From Candidatus Eiseniibacteriota bacterium (GTDB taxonomy: Bacteria; Eisenbacteria; RBG-16-71-46; JABDJR01): a DNA stretch of 64,000 nucleotides. The notes under the pieces were generated by a model, which was not told the DNA's origin, searched no databases, and saw only the letters and a program-made list of their open reading frames with translations. The stretch is taken from the NCBI GenBank assembly GCA_963762255.1, contig CAVXKA010000002.1:928001-992000 (forward strand). Direction: 5' to 3'. A program made the translations under genes and the position numbers. Below are positions 19,836 to 29,838 of the stretch, piece by piece (position 1 is the stretch's first letter; each line of letters opens with the position of its first letter).

Positions 19836-20038
19836 GCGGATCCTCCCTTCGTGGAGGGGCACTCCGTGGAGAGCCGCCTCGACACCCATCCGGCCTCACT
19901 CGCGGACGGGCAGTCTACAACAAGTGCCACCGTCCTGCCCTCCCCCTGCAAGAGCGAGCGTGCTGGCGCGAGCCCAGACTCTATCTTCTTATATCTACAA
20001 GGGTTGCGGGTGCGATTGGGGGCACGCGTTCGCGACTG

Positions 20039-20644
20039 TCAGGGCCGCGTCTCGACGGGTTCCGCGTCCGAGGCGATGTCGGGTGAGATGAGCATGCGTT
20101 CCAGGCGACGCGCCCACCGATGCGCCTCCCACGCTCCGCCGTCGACTTCGCTTGCGACGACGACCAGGCCGTGGCAGAGCGCGGCGATGATGCGATTACG
20201 CCACCAGCGGCGGTCGAGCGATTCGGCCGACTCGTTGGGGAAAGGGCTTAGCAGGAGTCCGCCGCTCTCGACGATCCTGCGGGCCAGCTTCCCCTGTGTG
20301 GAAGCCAGAAGGGCGTTGATGCCGGATCCCGGCACCACGATGGCCTTGAGCCCGGCCTTCATCGCCGCTTCGTGGGCGGCGGCGTCCACGCCCGGCGAGA
20401 TCCCGCTCACGATCACCATCGCGAACTCGGAGGCCACCTCGACGATACGCGCGGTATCGCGCTCGATCTCCGGGGTCGGTGTGCGCGTCCCGACCACCGC
20501 CAGCGCGGGGCCCTCGCCGAGGAGCTTGAGATCTCCCAGGCTGCGCATCACGCGCGGACGGCCGGGCAGCTCCAGCACGCGCTGCGGATACTCAGGCAGG
20601 TTGGGCCTGAGTTCGCGAATCTCGAGCTTGTCGGTCTTGGTCAT
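20039..20644 (-). CDS. DprA/Smf (SLOG) Rossmann-domain-only protein
   Basis: LAVVGTR, IVSGISPGVDAAAH, GGLLLS, RNRIIAAL; only 201 aa. Confidence 0.8.
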   Translation of the reverse strand: MTKTDKLEIRELRPNLPEYPQRVLELPGRPRVMRSLGDLKLLGEGPALAVVGTRTPTPEIERDTARIVEVASEFAMVIVSGISPGVDAAAHEAAMKAGLKAIVVPGSGINALLASTQGKLARRIVESGGLLLSPFPNESAESLDRRWWRNRIIAALCHGLVVVASEVDGGAWEAHRWARRLERMLISPDIASDAEPVETRP

Positions 20645-20777
20645 CGCTTCCCCGCTTCGCGGTACGCGCCCCGCAGGCGCCCGCGTTCGCCGTGATGATC
20701 GCAGCTTCGGGGCGCGATGGCTAGGGGAGGCAGATCATGCGCCGATCCGCGCGCGACGGCTCTGCTATCCTCTCCGC

Positions 20778-20999
20778 ATGGCAATGACATGCAACATCGA
20801 TGCCCGCGGTCGCCTTCTGCGAGCGCTTATCGGACTCGTATTCATCGTGGCGGCACTCGTCCTCGTGTTCGCACTGCCGCCCACCGGCTGGCGTCGCGCG
20901 CTGGTCGTGGTTCTCACGCTGGGCGGCATCTTCTGCCTGTTCGAAGCGCGGGCCGGCTGGTGCGCGGTGCGGGCGATGGGGATCAAGACGCGGATCTAG
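20778..20999 (+). CDS. Small two-TM protein (DUF2892/YgaP-like)
   Basis: CNID..GR..R, two TM helices, C-terminal FEARAGWCAVRAMGIKT. Confidence 0.75.
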   Translation: MAMTCNIDARGRLLRALIGLVFIVAALVLVFALPPTGWRRALVVVLTLGGIFCLFEARAGWCAVRAMGIKTRI

Positions 21000-21010
21000 C
21001 GGACGGGCGG

Positions 21011-21170
21011 GCGCGGCTCTCCGCGTGTCGCGGGTCGTCCTCGCCGAAGGGGCCCCCGCTTCGCGGCCCTTCGGACTGCGGCCGACCCGCGAACCCGCTA
21101 CGCGCCGCGCCCACACCGCACGATCACTCCATATCACGATTCGTGCGGAGTGCTCACCCGGGTGATCATC
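21011..21170 (-). repeat. ORF-free copy B of the HNH-associated structured element
   Basis: Reverse complement aligns with 8821-8934; palindrome TGCTCACCCGGGTGATCA at 21151-21168; nested stems 21028-21092; lies between convergent genes. Confidence 0.8.
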
Positions 21171-21227
21171 CTGCGTCGCATGAGTCCAGCCGGATGGACT
21201 GGTGGGTACGCGGGCGCGGCGCGGCCG

Positions 21228-22059
21228 CTACCCCGGAACCCCGAACTCCCGCAGCGCCTCGTTCAATGACGTCTTCCGATCGGTGGACTCTCGCCGGCGT
21301 CCGATGATGAGCGCGCACGGCACCGCATAGTTCCCGGCGGGAAAGGCCTTGGGCCGCGTGCCAGGGATGACCACGGACCGCGCCGGCACTCGCCCGTGCG
21401 ACACGACCGGCGATGGGCCGGTCACGTCCACGATCGGCGTGCTCGCGGTGAGCACCACGCCCGCACCGAGCACCGCTTCCTCTTCGATCAAGACGCCCTC
21501 CACCACGATGCAGCGCGAGCCGATGAACGCGCCGTCCTCGACGATGACCGGCGACGCCTGCACCGGCTCCAGCACGCCGCCGATGCCCACGCCTCCCGAG
21601 AGGTGCACGCCCTTGCCGATCTGCGCGCACGAGCCGACCGTGGCCCAGGTGTCCACCATCGTTCCCGCCCCGACGTGAGCGCCGATGTTCACGTACGACG
21701 GCATGAGCACCGCGTCCGCCCCGATGAATGCGCCGTAGCGCACGGTCGCGGGCGGCACCACGCGCACCGACGCGGCCGCGAAGCCCCGCTTCAGCGGGAT
21801 CTTGTCCCGATACTCGAAGGGCCCGACCTCACGCACCTCCGCCTTGCGCAGCGTGAAGTAGAGGAGCACCGCTTCCTTCAACCACGCATGGGTCACCCAC
21901 GCGCCGTCGAGCTTCTCGGCCACGCGCAACTCGCCCGCGTCCAGCGCCGCCACCGCGCGTTCGACCGCCGCCGCCACGTCCGCTGCAGCCGCGCCGCGCC
22001 GGATCGGCCCAGGCCGCCTCGATGAGCGCGGCGTCATCCTTCCATCGTTTCTCGTCCAT
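21228..22059 (-). CDS. dapD: Tetrahydrodipicolinate N-succinyltransferase, +1 frameshift near 21995
   Basis: LDAGELRVAE, WLKEAVLLYF, DKIPLK, VLMPSYVNIGA, DTWATVGSCAQIG, GIGGVLEP; N-terminus MDEKRW..IEAAW lies in another frame. Confidence 0.9.
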
Positions 22060-22067
22060 GCCCTCTC

Positions 22068-23231
22068 CTACGGCGTCGCGCGGGCGAGCCGATCCATCGC
22101 ATCGCGCAGCGTTTCCTCGTTCGAGGTGAGCGCCAATCGCACGTAGCCTTCGCCTTGCGCGCCCAGCGCGTTTCCGGGCAGCACCACGACTCCCGCTTCC
22201 AGCCAGCGCGTCGCAAGCTGATCGGAGGTCATGCCGCTTGGAACCGGGAGCCATATGTAGAACGTCGACGGCGGCGGGGTCACCGCGAATCCCATCCGAT
22301 TGAGCGCGGCCACGACAAGATCGCGCCGCCTGCGGAAGCGCTCGCGAATGCCTTCGACATGGGCATCGTCGGCCCACGCCGCATGCGCCGCCGCCTGGAT
22401 GAAATCCGGCGTGGCCACACCGAGGCCCGGCCGCACACGCTTGAGCGCCTCGATGAGCCGCGCGTCGCCCGCCATGATGCCGCTGCGATAGCCCGCCATC
22501 CCCGAGCGCTTCGAGAGCGAGTAGAGCGCCAGGATGTTCTCGGTCCCCCACTGCAGCGGCGAAGGCGGCGGGTCGTCGAAATAGGTCTCGCTGTAGGCCT
22601 CGTCGCTCACCAGGAGCACGCCGTGCCGGCGCGCCAGGACCACCGCCTCGGCGAGGAACGACGCCGGCGCCACCGCACCCGTGGGGTTGTTCGGGTAATT
22701 GATCCAGAGGATCGACGCGCGCCGCCATACCTCGTCGGGAATTGCGCGCAGATCGGGAAGAAATCCATGATCGGCGCGAAGCGGCATCGGATAGACCTCG
22801 CCGCCGAACGCTCGCGTGCCGAGCGCGTAGACCGGGTATGCGGGGTCGGGCACGAGCGTGAGCGGGCGCTCGGCGGGGTCCAGCACCGCAAGCGGCAGGT
22901 TGAAGATCGCCTCCTTCGAGCCGTTCACCGGCAGCACTTCGCGCTCCGGATCGACGCGGGCGCCGAACCGGCGCGCGAGCCACACCGCGGCAGCCTCGCG
23001 CAACCCGGGGAGACCGGTCACGCGCGGATAGGTCGACTCCTCCGGGATCGCCTCGGTCATCGCGAGCTTCACGAAGTCCGGGGTGGGCTCGTGGGGATCC
23101 CCCATCCCCAGGTCGATGACGCGGATGCCGCGCGCTTCCACCTCGGCGCGCAGCGCGTCGAGGCGCGCGAACGGATACGGCGGGAGATCGCGCAAGTAGC
23201 GGCTGGTGGGAAGGGACGCCGGCAGGGACAT
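22068..23231 (-). CDS. dapC: Class I/II PLP aminotransferase, probable succinyl-DAP aminotransferase
   Basis: LPPYPF, GSKEAIF, WINYPNNPTG, SDEAYSE, SLSKRSGMAGYRSG; lies between dapE and dapD. Confidence 0.82.
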   Translation of the reverse strand: MSLPASLPTSRYLRDLPPYPFARLDALRAEVEARGIRVIDLGMGDPHEPTPDFVKLAMTEAIPEESTYPRVTGLPGLREAAAVWLARRFGARVDPEREVLPVNGSKEAIFNLPLAVLDPAERPLTLVPDPAYPVYALGTRAFGGEVYPMPLRADHGFLPDLRAIPDEVWRRASILWINYPNNPTGAVAPASFLAEAVVLARRHGVLLVSDEAYSETYFDDPPPSPLQWGTENILALYSLSKRSGMAGYRSGIMAGDARLIEALKRVRPGLGVATPDFIQAAAHAAWADDAHVEGIRERFRRRRDLVVAALNRMGFAVTPPPSTFYIWLPVPSGMTSDQLATRWLEAGVVVLPGNALGAQGEGYVRLALTSNEETLRDAMDRLARATP

Positions 23232-23233
23232 GC

Positions 23234-24328
23234 TTACCTCCCGTCGAGAAACGCGGCGAGCGCATCGTGCGCGCGGACCAGGTTGACGATCGGCACGCGC
23301 TCTTCACGCGTGTGGGCGAGTTCGGAAAGACCGGGCCCGAAGTTGGCGGCGGGAACGCCGTGTTGCGCGAACTGGGCCACGTCGGTCCATGCCTGCTTGG
23401 CCCGCGTGTCCAGGGCGTTCGACTCGATGAACCGGCGCAGGAGCGGCGCGTCCGCACGCGCGGGGGCCGCGGGAGCGAGATCGACGATCTCCACCGTCGA
23501 GCCTGCTGGGGCGAGCGAGCGCACATGGGCGGCGGCATCCTCAGGCGAGCGGTCGGGGGCGAAGCGAAAGTTGAGGTTCACGGTGAAGCGATCGGGCACC
23601 ACGTTGCGCGCCGAACCGCCCTCGGCGAGCGTGGCGGAGAGGACTTCGCGAAAGATCACCGATCCTGCGCCATGCTCGCGCGGCGGCATTTCCGCGATCC
23701 TGGTCAGAAACGGACCCGCCTTGTGGATCGCGTTCTCCCCCTGCCAAGGCCGCGCGCTGTGGGCAGCCCGACCGTGGAAGGTCACGCGCGCGTGCAGCGT
23801 CCCGAGGCAGCCCAGTTCCGCCGCGTTTCCGGTGGGCTCGAGCATGAGCGCCAGCTCCGCGCGGGTGAGCCACGGCTCCAGCGCGAAGAGAGAACGCAGG
23901 CCGTTGCGCTCGAAGGGCCCCTCCTCGCGGTCGTAGAACACGAGGGCGAACGGCGTCATCGCGCGCGACGCCGCGCGCTCGGCCAGCGCCAGCATCACCG
24001 CGAGTGCACCCTTCATGTCGGTGGCGCCAAGACCGTGGACGTCGCCGCCGTCGATCGCGGGCTCGAGGTTCCCATTGGCGGGCACGGTGTCCAAGTGCCC
24101 GGCCAGCACAACCACGGGTTCCAACGCGCCGAACCCGGCCACGACCGCGTTCCCGTGCCGGCGCAGAAAGGCCGGGCGCGTGCGCTCGCGCAGAACGCTC
24201 TCCACGAAGCCGGCGATCGCGACTTCGTCGCCGGTCACGCTCGGGATGCGCACGAGGTCGAGGGTGCATCGGGCAAGAGTCTGGTCGAGGGAGGCGGGAT
24301 CCGCGGGCGTCAACATGCGCGCAAGCAT
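23234..24328 (-). CDS. dapE: Succinyl-diaminopimelate desuccinylase
   Basis: LAGHLDTVP, GATDMKG, YDREEGP, AHSARPW.G.NAI, AWTDVA, FGPG..AHT. Confidence 0.88.
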   Translation of the reverse strand: MLARMLTPADPASLDQTLARCTLDLVRIPSVTGDEVAIAGFVESVLRERTRPAFLRRHGNAVVAGFGALEPVVVLAGHLDTVPANGNLEPAIDGGDVHGLGATDMKGALAVMLALAERAASRAMTPFALVFYDREEGPFERNGLRSLFALEPWLTRAELALMLEPTGNAAELGCLGTLHARVTFHGRAAHSARPWQGENAIHKAGPFLTRIAEMPPREHGAGSVIFREVLSATLAEGGSARNVVPDRFTVNLNFRFAPDRSPEDAAAHVRSLAPAGSTVEIVDLAPAAPARADAPLLRRFIESNALDTRAKQAWTDVAQFAQHGVPAANFGPGLSELAHTREERVPIVNLVRAHDALAAFLDGR

Positions 24329-24394
24329 ACGGGTTTTCGGCCGGATCGCCAGCCGGTCACTCGAACTTCGTGCAGAAGCCGGATCGCCGGCCGG

Positions 24395-24772
24395 TCACTC
24401 CCACTCCCCCGTGCGGCGCTCCTCCTTGGTCTTGCCACGGCGTTTCTTCTCGACCAGCCGCTTCTCGCGCGCGGACGCGGTCGGCTTGGTGGCCCGCCGC
24501 TTCTTGGGCGGCACCAGCATCCGCGCCAGCCGCTCCCGCAGCCGGTTCAGCGCGTCGGTTAGGTTTCGCCGCTGGGAACGCTCACGCCGCCCGATCACCA
24601 CGACGCCGCTCGGACGGTGGTGGAGTCGGATCGAAGAGAGCGTCACGTTGCGGTGCTGCCCGCCCGGTCCCGAAGACTTGAACGCGGTGACGTCGCACTC
24701 GGCGAGCAGCTCCTCGTCCGTCCCCGGCAACTGATACGAAGCGCGCAACGCCTCCGGTGTCGGCCGGTCCAC
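24395..24772 (-). CDS. GGQ peptidyl-tRNA hydrolase (ArfB-like ribosome rescue factor)
   Basis: SSGPGGQHRN, ERSQRRN, basic tail RRATKPT..REKRLVEKKRRG. Confidence 0.85.
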   Translation of the reverse strand: MDRPTPEALRASYQLPGTDEELLAECDVTAFKSSGPGGQHRNVTLSSIRLHHRPSGVVVIGRRERSQRRNLTDALNRLRERLARMLVPPKKRRATKPTASAREKRLVEKKRRGKTKEERRTGEWE

Positions 24773-24773
24773 G

Positions 24774-25769
24774 CTACGCCGCCGGAGCGGAACCGCCGGC
24801 GACGGACTGCGCGGCCTCGGCGGGGCCCGCGCCGCTTCGATTGAGCGCGCGGATCCGCGCGATGCGATCGTCCAACGGCGGATGGGTGGACAAGAGCCCC
24901 TGCGCCCGCTTCTCGAAGGACTTGAACGGATTCACGATGTAGAGGTGCTGCGTGGCGCGGTTGGCCACTTCGAGCACCTCTTTGTCGTTGCCGAGTTTCT
25001 CGAGTGCGGAGGCGAGCCCGTCCGGATTGCGGGTCAACTCCACCGCCGACGCGTCGGCCAGGTACTCGCGCTGCCGCGACGCTCCGAGTTGGATGAGCTT
25101 GGCCAGGATCGGCGCCACGATGGACAGCACGATGGCGAGCACAGCGACGATCGCCATCGCCGGCCCCGCGCCGCCGCTGTTGTCACGCGACGAGCGCCGC
25201 CGTCCGCCGCCCCACCACATCCAGCGACGGAATACGTCCGCGGCCAGCACGAGGAAGCCGACCATCACCGCCAGGAGCATGGCGAAGCGGATGTCGTAGT
25301 TGCGCACGTGGCTCAGCTCGTGGGCCAGCACCCCTTGCAGCTCGTCGCGGGTGAGCTGCGAGCGCAGCCCGCGCGTGATCGCCACCGAGGCGTGAGCGGG
25401 ATCCCGCCCGGTGGCGAACGCGTTGAGCGCGGTGTCGTCGATCGCGTAGACGCGGGGCATCGGCGTGCCCGCCGCGATGGAGAGTTCCTCCACGACGTTC
25501 CATAGCTGCGGATCGTCGTCCCGGCGAATCTCCTTCGCCCCGCTCATGGTGAGGATCGCGCTCGCTCCACCGTAGTAGCTGAGGAGCGCGACCACCAGAG
25601 CCGCCCCCACCGCGATCGCCGCGGGCACGATCGCGGTGCGGGGGTCGTCGCCCAGGAGGGTGATCGCAAACACGTAGACGGTCACCATCAGGAGCAGGAC
25701 GAAGAGGAACACCAGCCCCGCCGACTTGCGGCGGTTCTCGGCCATGAGATCCCGAAACGTCTTGGGCAT
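24774..25769 (-). CDS. htpX: M48 zinc metalloprotease HtpX
   Basis: NAFATG, VLAHELSH, SRQREYLAD, STHPP; next to lemA. Confidence 0.92.
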   Translation of the reverse strand: MPKTFRDLMAENRRKSAGLVFLFVLLLMVTVYVFAITLLGDDPRTAIVPAAIAVGAALVVALLSYYGGASAILTMSGAKEIRRDDDPQLWNVVEELSIAAGTPMPRVYAIDDTALNAFATGRDPAHASVAITRGLRSQLTRDELQGVLAHELSHVRNYDIRFAMLLAVMVGFLVLAADVFRRWMWWGGGRRRSSRDNSGGAGPAMAIVAVLAIVLSIVAPILAKLIQLGASRQREYLADASAVELTRNPDGLASALEKLGNDKEVLEVANRATQHLYIVNPFKSFEKRAQGLLSTHPPLDDRIARIRALNRSGAGPAEAAQSVAGGSAPAA

Positions 25770-25778
25770 CGCGGCGGG

Positions 25779-26336
25779 TTAGAACTTCACCTGGGGCGCC
25801 TGACGCTGTGCCGCATCTTCCATCTCGAAGAACTCCTCGAGCTTGAAGCCCATGGTGTTCGCGATGATGTTGGCCGGGAACGACTGCACCCGCGTGTTGT
25901 ACTGCGCGGTGATGTCGTTGTAGTGCTGCCGCGAGAAGGCGATCCGGTTCTCGGTGCCGGCCAGCTCTTCCTGCAGCGCGAGGAAGTTCTGGTTGGCCTT
26001 CAGATCCGGGTAGCTCTCGGAGAGCGCGAACAGTTGCCGGAGGGCGCCGGTCAGCATGTTCTCGGCCTGGGCCTGTTGCTGCACGCCGGTGGCCGCCATG
26101 GCGGCGTTGCGGGCCTGCACCACGCTCTCGAACGTCCCCTTCTCGTGCGCGGCGTAACCCTTGACCGTCTCCACCAGATTGGGGATCAGGTCGTACCGGC
26201 GCTTGAGCTGGACGTCGATCTGGCTCCAGGCATTCTTCACCTGCTGCCGCAAGCCGACCAGGCTGTTGTAGAGGCCGATCGCCCACATGACGATCGCCGC
26301 GATCAAGATCAGGGGCAAGAGAAAGAACATGCCCAT
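25779..26336 (-). CDS. lemA: LemA family protein
   Basis: [42 protein letters not shown]. Confidence 0.93.
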   Translation of the reverse strand: MGMFFLLPLILIAAIVMWAIGLYNSLVGLRQQVKNAWSQIDVQLKRRYDLIPNLVETVKGYAAHEKGTFESVVQARNAAMAATGVQQQAQAENMLTGALRQLFALSESYPDLKANQNFLALQEELAGTENRIAFSRQHYNDITAQYNTRVQSFPANIIANTMGFKLEEFFEMEDAAQRQAPQVKF

Positions 26337-26449
26337 CGAAACCTCCTGCGTTCGTTCCCTCGGGCGCCGGTCTGCGACCACGCCGGTCGTTCCGTGCGCC
26401 CGTCCCCGGAAAGCGGCCGGGTGGCCGATCCCGACATGAAACTACCCGT

Positions 26450-27382
26450 TCAGGGCCACTCGTGCAGCATTTCTTCCGCGGTCTGGAGGTGGATCTCCAC
26501 CGTTTCTTCGGGATCCTCTGCGTAACCTCCGGCGAGCAATACGACGACCGACGCTCCGCTGTTGCGGCAAACGGACAGGACCCGGCGATCGCGCTCGCGA
26601 AGCCCTTCCAGGGTGAGTCCCAGGCCGCCGAGCTTGTCCAGGCGGTACGGATCCGCGCCTGCCAGATAGTAGACGAGTTCGGGGCGGCGGGCGGTCACGG
26701 CGATCTCCAGGCCGCGCTGGAGCTCCGCCAGGTAGGTGGCGTCGTCGACGCCGTCCGGGAGGCCGATATCGAGGTCACTGCGCTGTTTCAGGGGGTAGTT
26801 GTTCTCCTGGTGCATCGAAAACGTGAACACGCGCGCGTCGTCCTCGAAGATCCGCGCGGTGCCGTTCCCCTGGTGCACGTCGAGGTCCACGACGCTCACC
26901 TTCGTCACCTCGCGCCCGGCGGCGTCACCGAGCGGCGTCCCGTCGTCGTCGCCCAGCGCCCAGCGGGCGCCGATGGCGGTGTCGTTGAGGTAGCAGAACC
27001 CCTCGGCGTGGTCGGCGAATGCGTGATGGAACCCCCCACCGATGTGCATGGCCGCGCCGCGCGCCAGCGCCAGTTCGGTAGCGGTGGCCGTGCCGTAGGC
27101 CGCCAGCTCGAACCAGCGGGCGATTTCCATGGTGAGCGGAAGCTCCGAGGAAACCGTGGCAAAGGTCTGCCGCAGGGTGAACAGATCGGCGAGGTAGGTC
27201 TCGGTGTGGGCCAGCCTGAGGATCGCGCGATCCCGCGCCCGGGGCTCGACAAACGCATCCGCCGAGGCGAGCCCCGTCTCGAGGATCCGCTCCTTCACGC
27301 GGCGGTACTTGAAGGTCGGAAAGACGTGCGGTCCGATGTCGGCCTCGTAGGCGGGGCTGAAGACGAAAGCGGGAACGCTCAT
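26450..27382 (-). CDS. Histone deacetylase family protein
   Basis: GGGFHHA, GFCYLND, DLDVHQGNGT, AGADP, LAGGY. Confidence 0.92.
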   Translation of the reverse strand: MSVPAFVFSPAYEADIGPHVFPTFKYRRVKERILETGLASADAFVEPRARDRAILRLAHTETYLADLFTLRQTFATVSSELPLTMEIARWFELAAYGTATATELALARGAAMHIGGGFHHAFADHAEGFCYLNDTAIGARWALGDDDGTPLGDAAGREVTKVSVVDLDVHQGNGTARIFEDDARVFTFSMHQENNYPLKQRSDLDIGLPDGVDDATYLAELQRGLEIAVTARRPELVYYLAGADPYRLDKLGGLGLTLEGLRERDRRVLSVCRNSGASVVVLLAGGYAEDPEETVEIHLQTAEEMLHEWP

Positions 27383-27431
27383 GACGACAGACTCCCGGAA
27401 CTACGAGACCGACTCGACGCCGCTGCCCGCC

Positions 27432-28097
27432 CTAGCGGGTTTCGAACGTGATGGTGTCCATCGTCACAGGCGTGTTCGGCTTGCCCTGCGGGCTCTTCGG
27501 CACCTTGACGATGGCGTTCACCACGTCCATTCCTTCGACCACCTCGCCAAAGATGGTGTGGTGACCGGTGAGGTGCTTGCTGTGTTCGCCATCCAGCGTG
27601 ATGAAGAACTGGCTCGAGTTGGTGCCCGGGCCGGCGTTGGCCATCGCGAGGAGCCCCGCCCGGTCGAACTTCAACTCGGGGGAGAACTCGTCGGCGAACT
27701 TGGCGCCCCAGAGGCTCTTCCCGCCGCTGCCGGTGCCGGTAGGATCGCCGCCCTGAATCATGAAGTTCTCGATGAGGCGATGAAAGCCCACGCCCTTGTA
27801 GTAGCCCGTCGCGGCCAGACCCTTGAAGTTGGCCACCGCGAGGGGCGCCTGCTTGGGGAAGAACCGGAGAACGACCGTCCCCATGCTGGTCTTCACGACC
27901 GCGTACTCGTTCGAGGGGCCGGGATCCTTCTTCATCGAGCGCTCGAGAACCATCGTGTCCGCCACCTTCTTTGCCGTCACAACCTTGGCCTTCTCGGCCG
28001 TCTTCACCGGTTCGGCCGCGTTGGCCGAGCCGATCGTCACGGCGGCCAGAAAACCGGCCGACGCTGCAATGAGAACCAAAGACCTGGTAGATTTCAT
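27432..28097 (-). CDS. Exported cyclophilin-type peptidyl-prolyl isomerase
   Basis: Signal peptide; FHRLIENFMIQGGDP, LAMANAGPGTNSSQFFIT, HTIFGEV. Confidence 0.92.
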   Translation of the reverse strand: MKSTRSLVLIAASAGFLAAVTIGSANAAEPVKTAEKAKVVTAKKVADTMVLERSMKKDPGPSNEYAVVKTSMGTVVLRFFPKQAPLAVANFKGLAATGYYKGVGFHRLIENFMIQGGDPTGTGSGGKSLWGAKFADEFSPELKFDRAGLLAMANAGPGTNSSQFFITLDGEHSKHLTGHHTIFGEVVEGMDVVNAIVKVPKSPQGKPNTPVTMDTITFETR

Positions 28098-28317
28098 GAA
28101 ACGCTTCCTCCTCGGTGATGCCGAATCCCCGGCCGCTCAGGGCCGGACGGTACGCATGGCCTGCGGGTTGGGGTATTCTAGGGCCCTCATCGACCCTGGG
28201 GCAACCGGTCCGCCGGGGCCCAATACAATCAGCCCGCTCGTCCGAGTCCCCGGCGCGTTCATTTGACGGACTTTCCGGCTTGGGTGAGAATCCCGCGATT
28301 CAGCACATGGGGGATGA

Positions 28318-29094
28318 ATGCTGCCGATCGACCTCTCCGGCAAATACGGCCTCGTTTTCGGGGTCGCCAACAAGCGAAGCCTGGCGCTGGCCATCGCCGA
28401 GTACCTGCACCGCGCAGGAGCGCGGCTGGCCTTCGCGTATCAGGGGGAGCGGTTCCGGGAGTCGGTCGAGGAGTTGGTCCGGGACATGCGCGATCCGGTG
28501 CTCATCGAATGTGACGTGAGCCGCGAGGAGGATCTGGAGCGCACGTTCGAGACGGTGAAGCTGGAGTTCGGCGCGCTCGACTACCTGGTGCACAGCGTCG
28601 CCTTCGCCCCCCGCGAGGAACTCGAAGGGAACTTTCGCGACACCACGCGTGAGGGATTCCGCATCGCGCTCGACATCTCCGCCTACTCGCTCATCCCGAT
28701 GGCGCGGCTCGCCGCCCCGCTCATGGAAGGGCGCGCCGGATCGCTTCTGGCCCTCTCCTACATCGGCGCCGAGCGCGCGGTGCCGGGCTACAACGTGATG
28801 GGAACGGCCAAGGCCGCGCTCGAGCAAGCGGTGCGTCAGCTCGCCTTCGACCTGGGCTCCCTCGGCATCCGCGCCAACGCGATCTCCGCCGGGCCGGTGA
28901 ACACGCTCTCCGCTCGCGGGGTGAGCGGCTTCACCGACATCCTCAAGATCTACCCCGAGCGCGCGCCGCTCCATCGCAACATCGATCAGGAGGACGTGGG
29001 CAAGGCCGCGCTGTTCCTGTTGAGTGACCTGGCCAGCGGGGTCACCGGCGAGGTGCTCCACGTGGACGCCGGCTTCCACATCACGGCGTTTTGA
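28318..29094 (+). CDS. fabI: Enoyl-ACP reductase
   Basis: GVANKRSLA, VHSVAFAP, YNVMGTAKAALE, ISAGPVNTLSA. Confidence 0.94.
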   Translation: MLPIDLSGKYGLVFGVANKRSLALAIAEYLHRAGARLAFAYQGERFRESVEELVRDMRDPVLIECDVSREEDLERTFETVKLEFGALDYLVHSVAFAPREELEGNFRDTTREGFRIALDISAYSLIPMARLAAPLMEGRAGSLLALSYIGAERAVPGYNVMGTAKAALEQAVRQLAFDLGSLGIRANAISAGPVNTLSARGVSGFTDILKIYPERAPLHRNIDQEDVGKAALFLLSDLASGVTGEVLHVDAGFHITAF

Positions 29095-29770
29095 CGGGCC
29101 ACAGATCTCCCTGATCGCACTCCATCACCCACGCGGTGTTGCGGCGGTGGATGGGGCACGGGCCGAGGCGCCGCAGTGCCTCGTGGTGCTCCGGCGTGGG
29201 GTAGCCCATGTGACGCGCGAACCCGTAACCCGGGTGGCGTCGGTCCATCCGCCGCATGAGCGCATCGCGGAACGCCTTGGCCACCAGGCTCGCGCACGCG
29301 ATCTGATAGAAGGTGGCGTCCCCCTTCGTGTGCGCCTCCTGCGGGAGATCGATGCCGGGTATCGTGCGCGCGTCGACTAGCACGAGTTCGGGCGACGGGT
29401 CGAGGCGCCGCACCGCGCGCGCCATCGCGCGCAGCCCCGCGTGGTAGACGTTGACGCGTTCGATCTCGCGCGCGCTCGCCACGCCGATCCCGGCCGCGAT
29501 CGCCTCGGCGAGGATCTCGCGCGCCAGACGCTCGCGCTCGTCCGGAGAGAGCACCTTCTTGGAATCGTCCACGCCGCGAATCGCCGAATCCTCGGGCATG
29601 ATCACCGCCGCCGCCACGAGCGGGCCGGCCAGCGGTCCCACCCCCACCTCATCCACGCCGGCGAGCAGGCGGATCCCGCGTTTGCGATAGGGCTGCTCCC
29701 TGCGGCGAAGTCGCCACATCACCGGGACCACACGCTTCTTGGTCGCCTTCGCGCTTGCCACCGTCGTCAT
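29081..29770 (-). CDS. rnhB: Ribonuclease HII
   Basis: GVDEVGVGPLAGP, DDSKK, LVDA, KGD, ASLVAK..RD, GYPT..H, PCPIHR. Confidence 0.92.
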   Translation of the reverse strand: MTTVASAKATKKRVVPVMWRLRRREQPYRKRGIRLLAGVDEVGVGPLAGPLVAAAVIMPEDSAIRGVDDSKKVLSPDERERLAREILAEAIAAGIGVASAREIERVNVYHAGLRAMARAVRRLDPSPELVLVDARTIPGIDLPQEAHTKGDATFYQIACASLVAKAFRDALMRRMDRRHPGYGFARHMGYPTPEHHEALRRLGPCPIHRRNTAWVMECDQGDLWPVKTP

Positions 29771-29838
29771 GGGCCATCATCCTAGTGCGCGGTCGGGCGG
29801 CCCACAACCCGCCCCCGCGAGAAAGGACGCAGCGCGAG

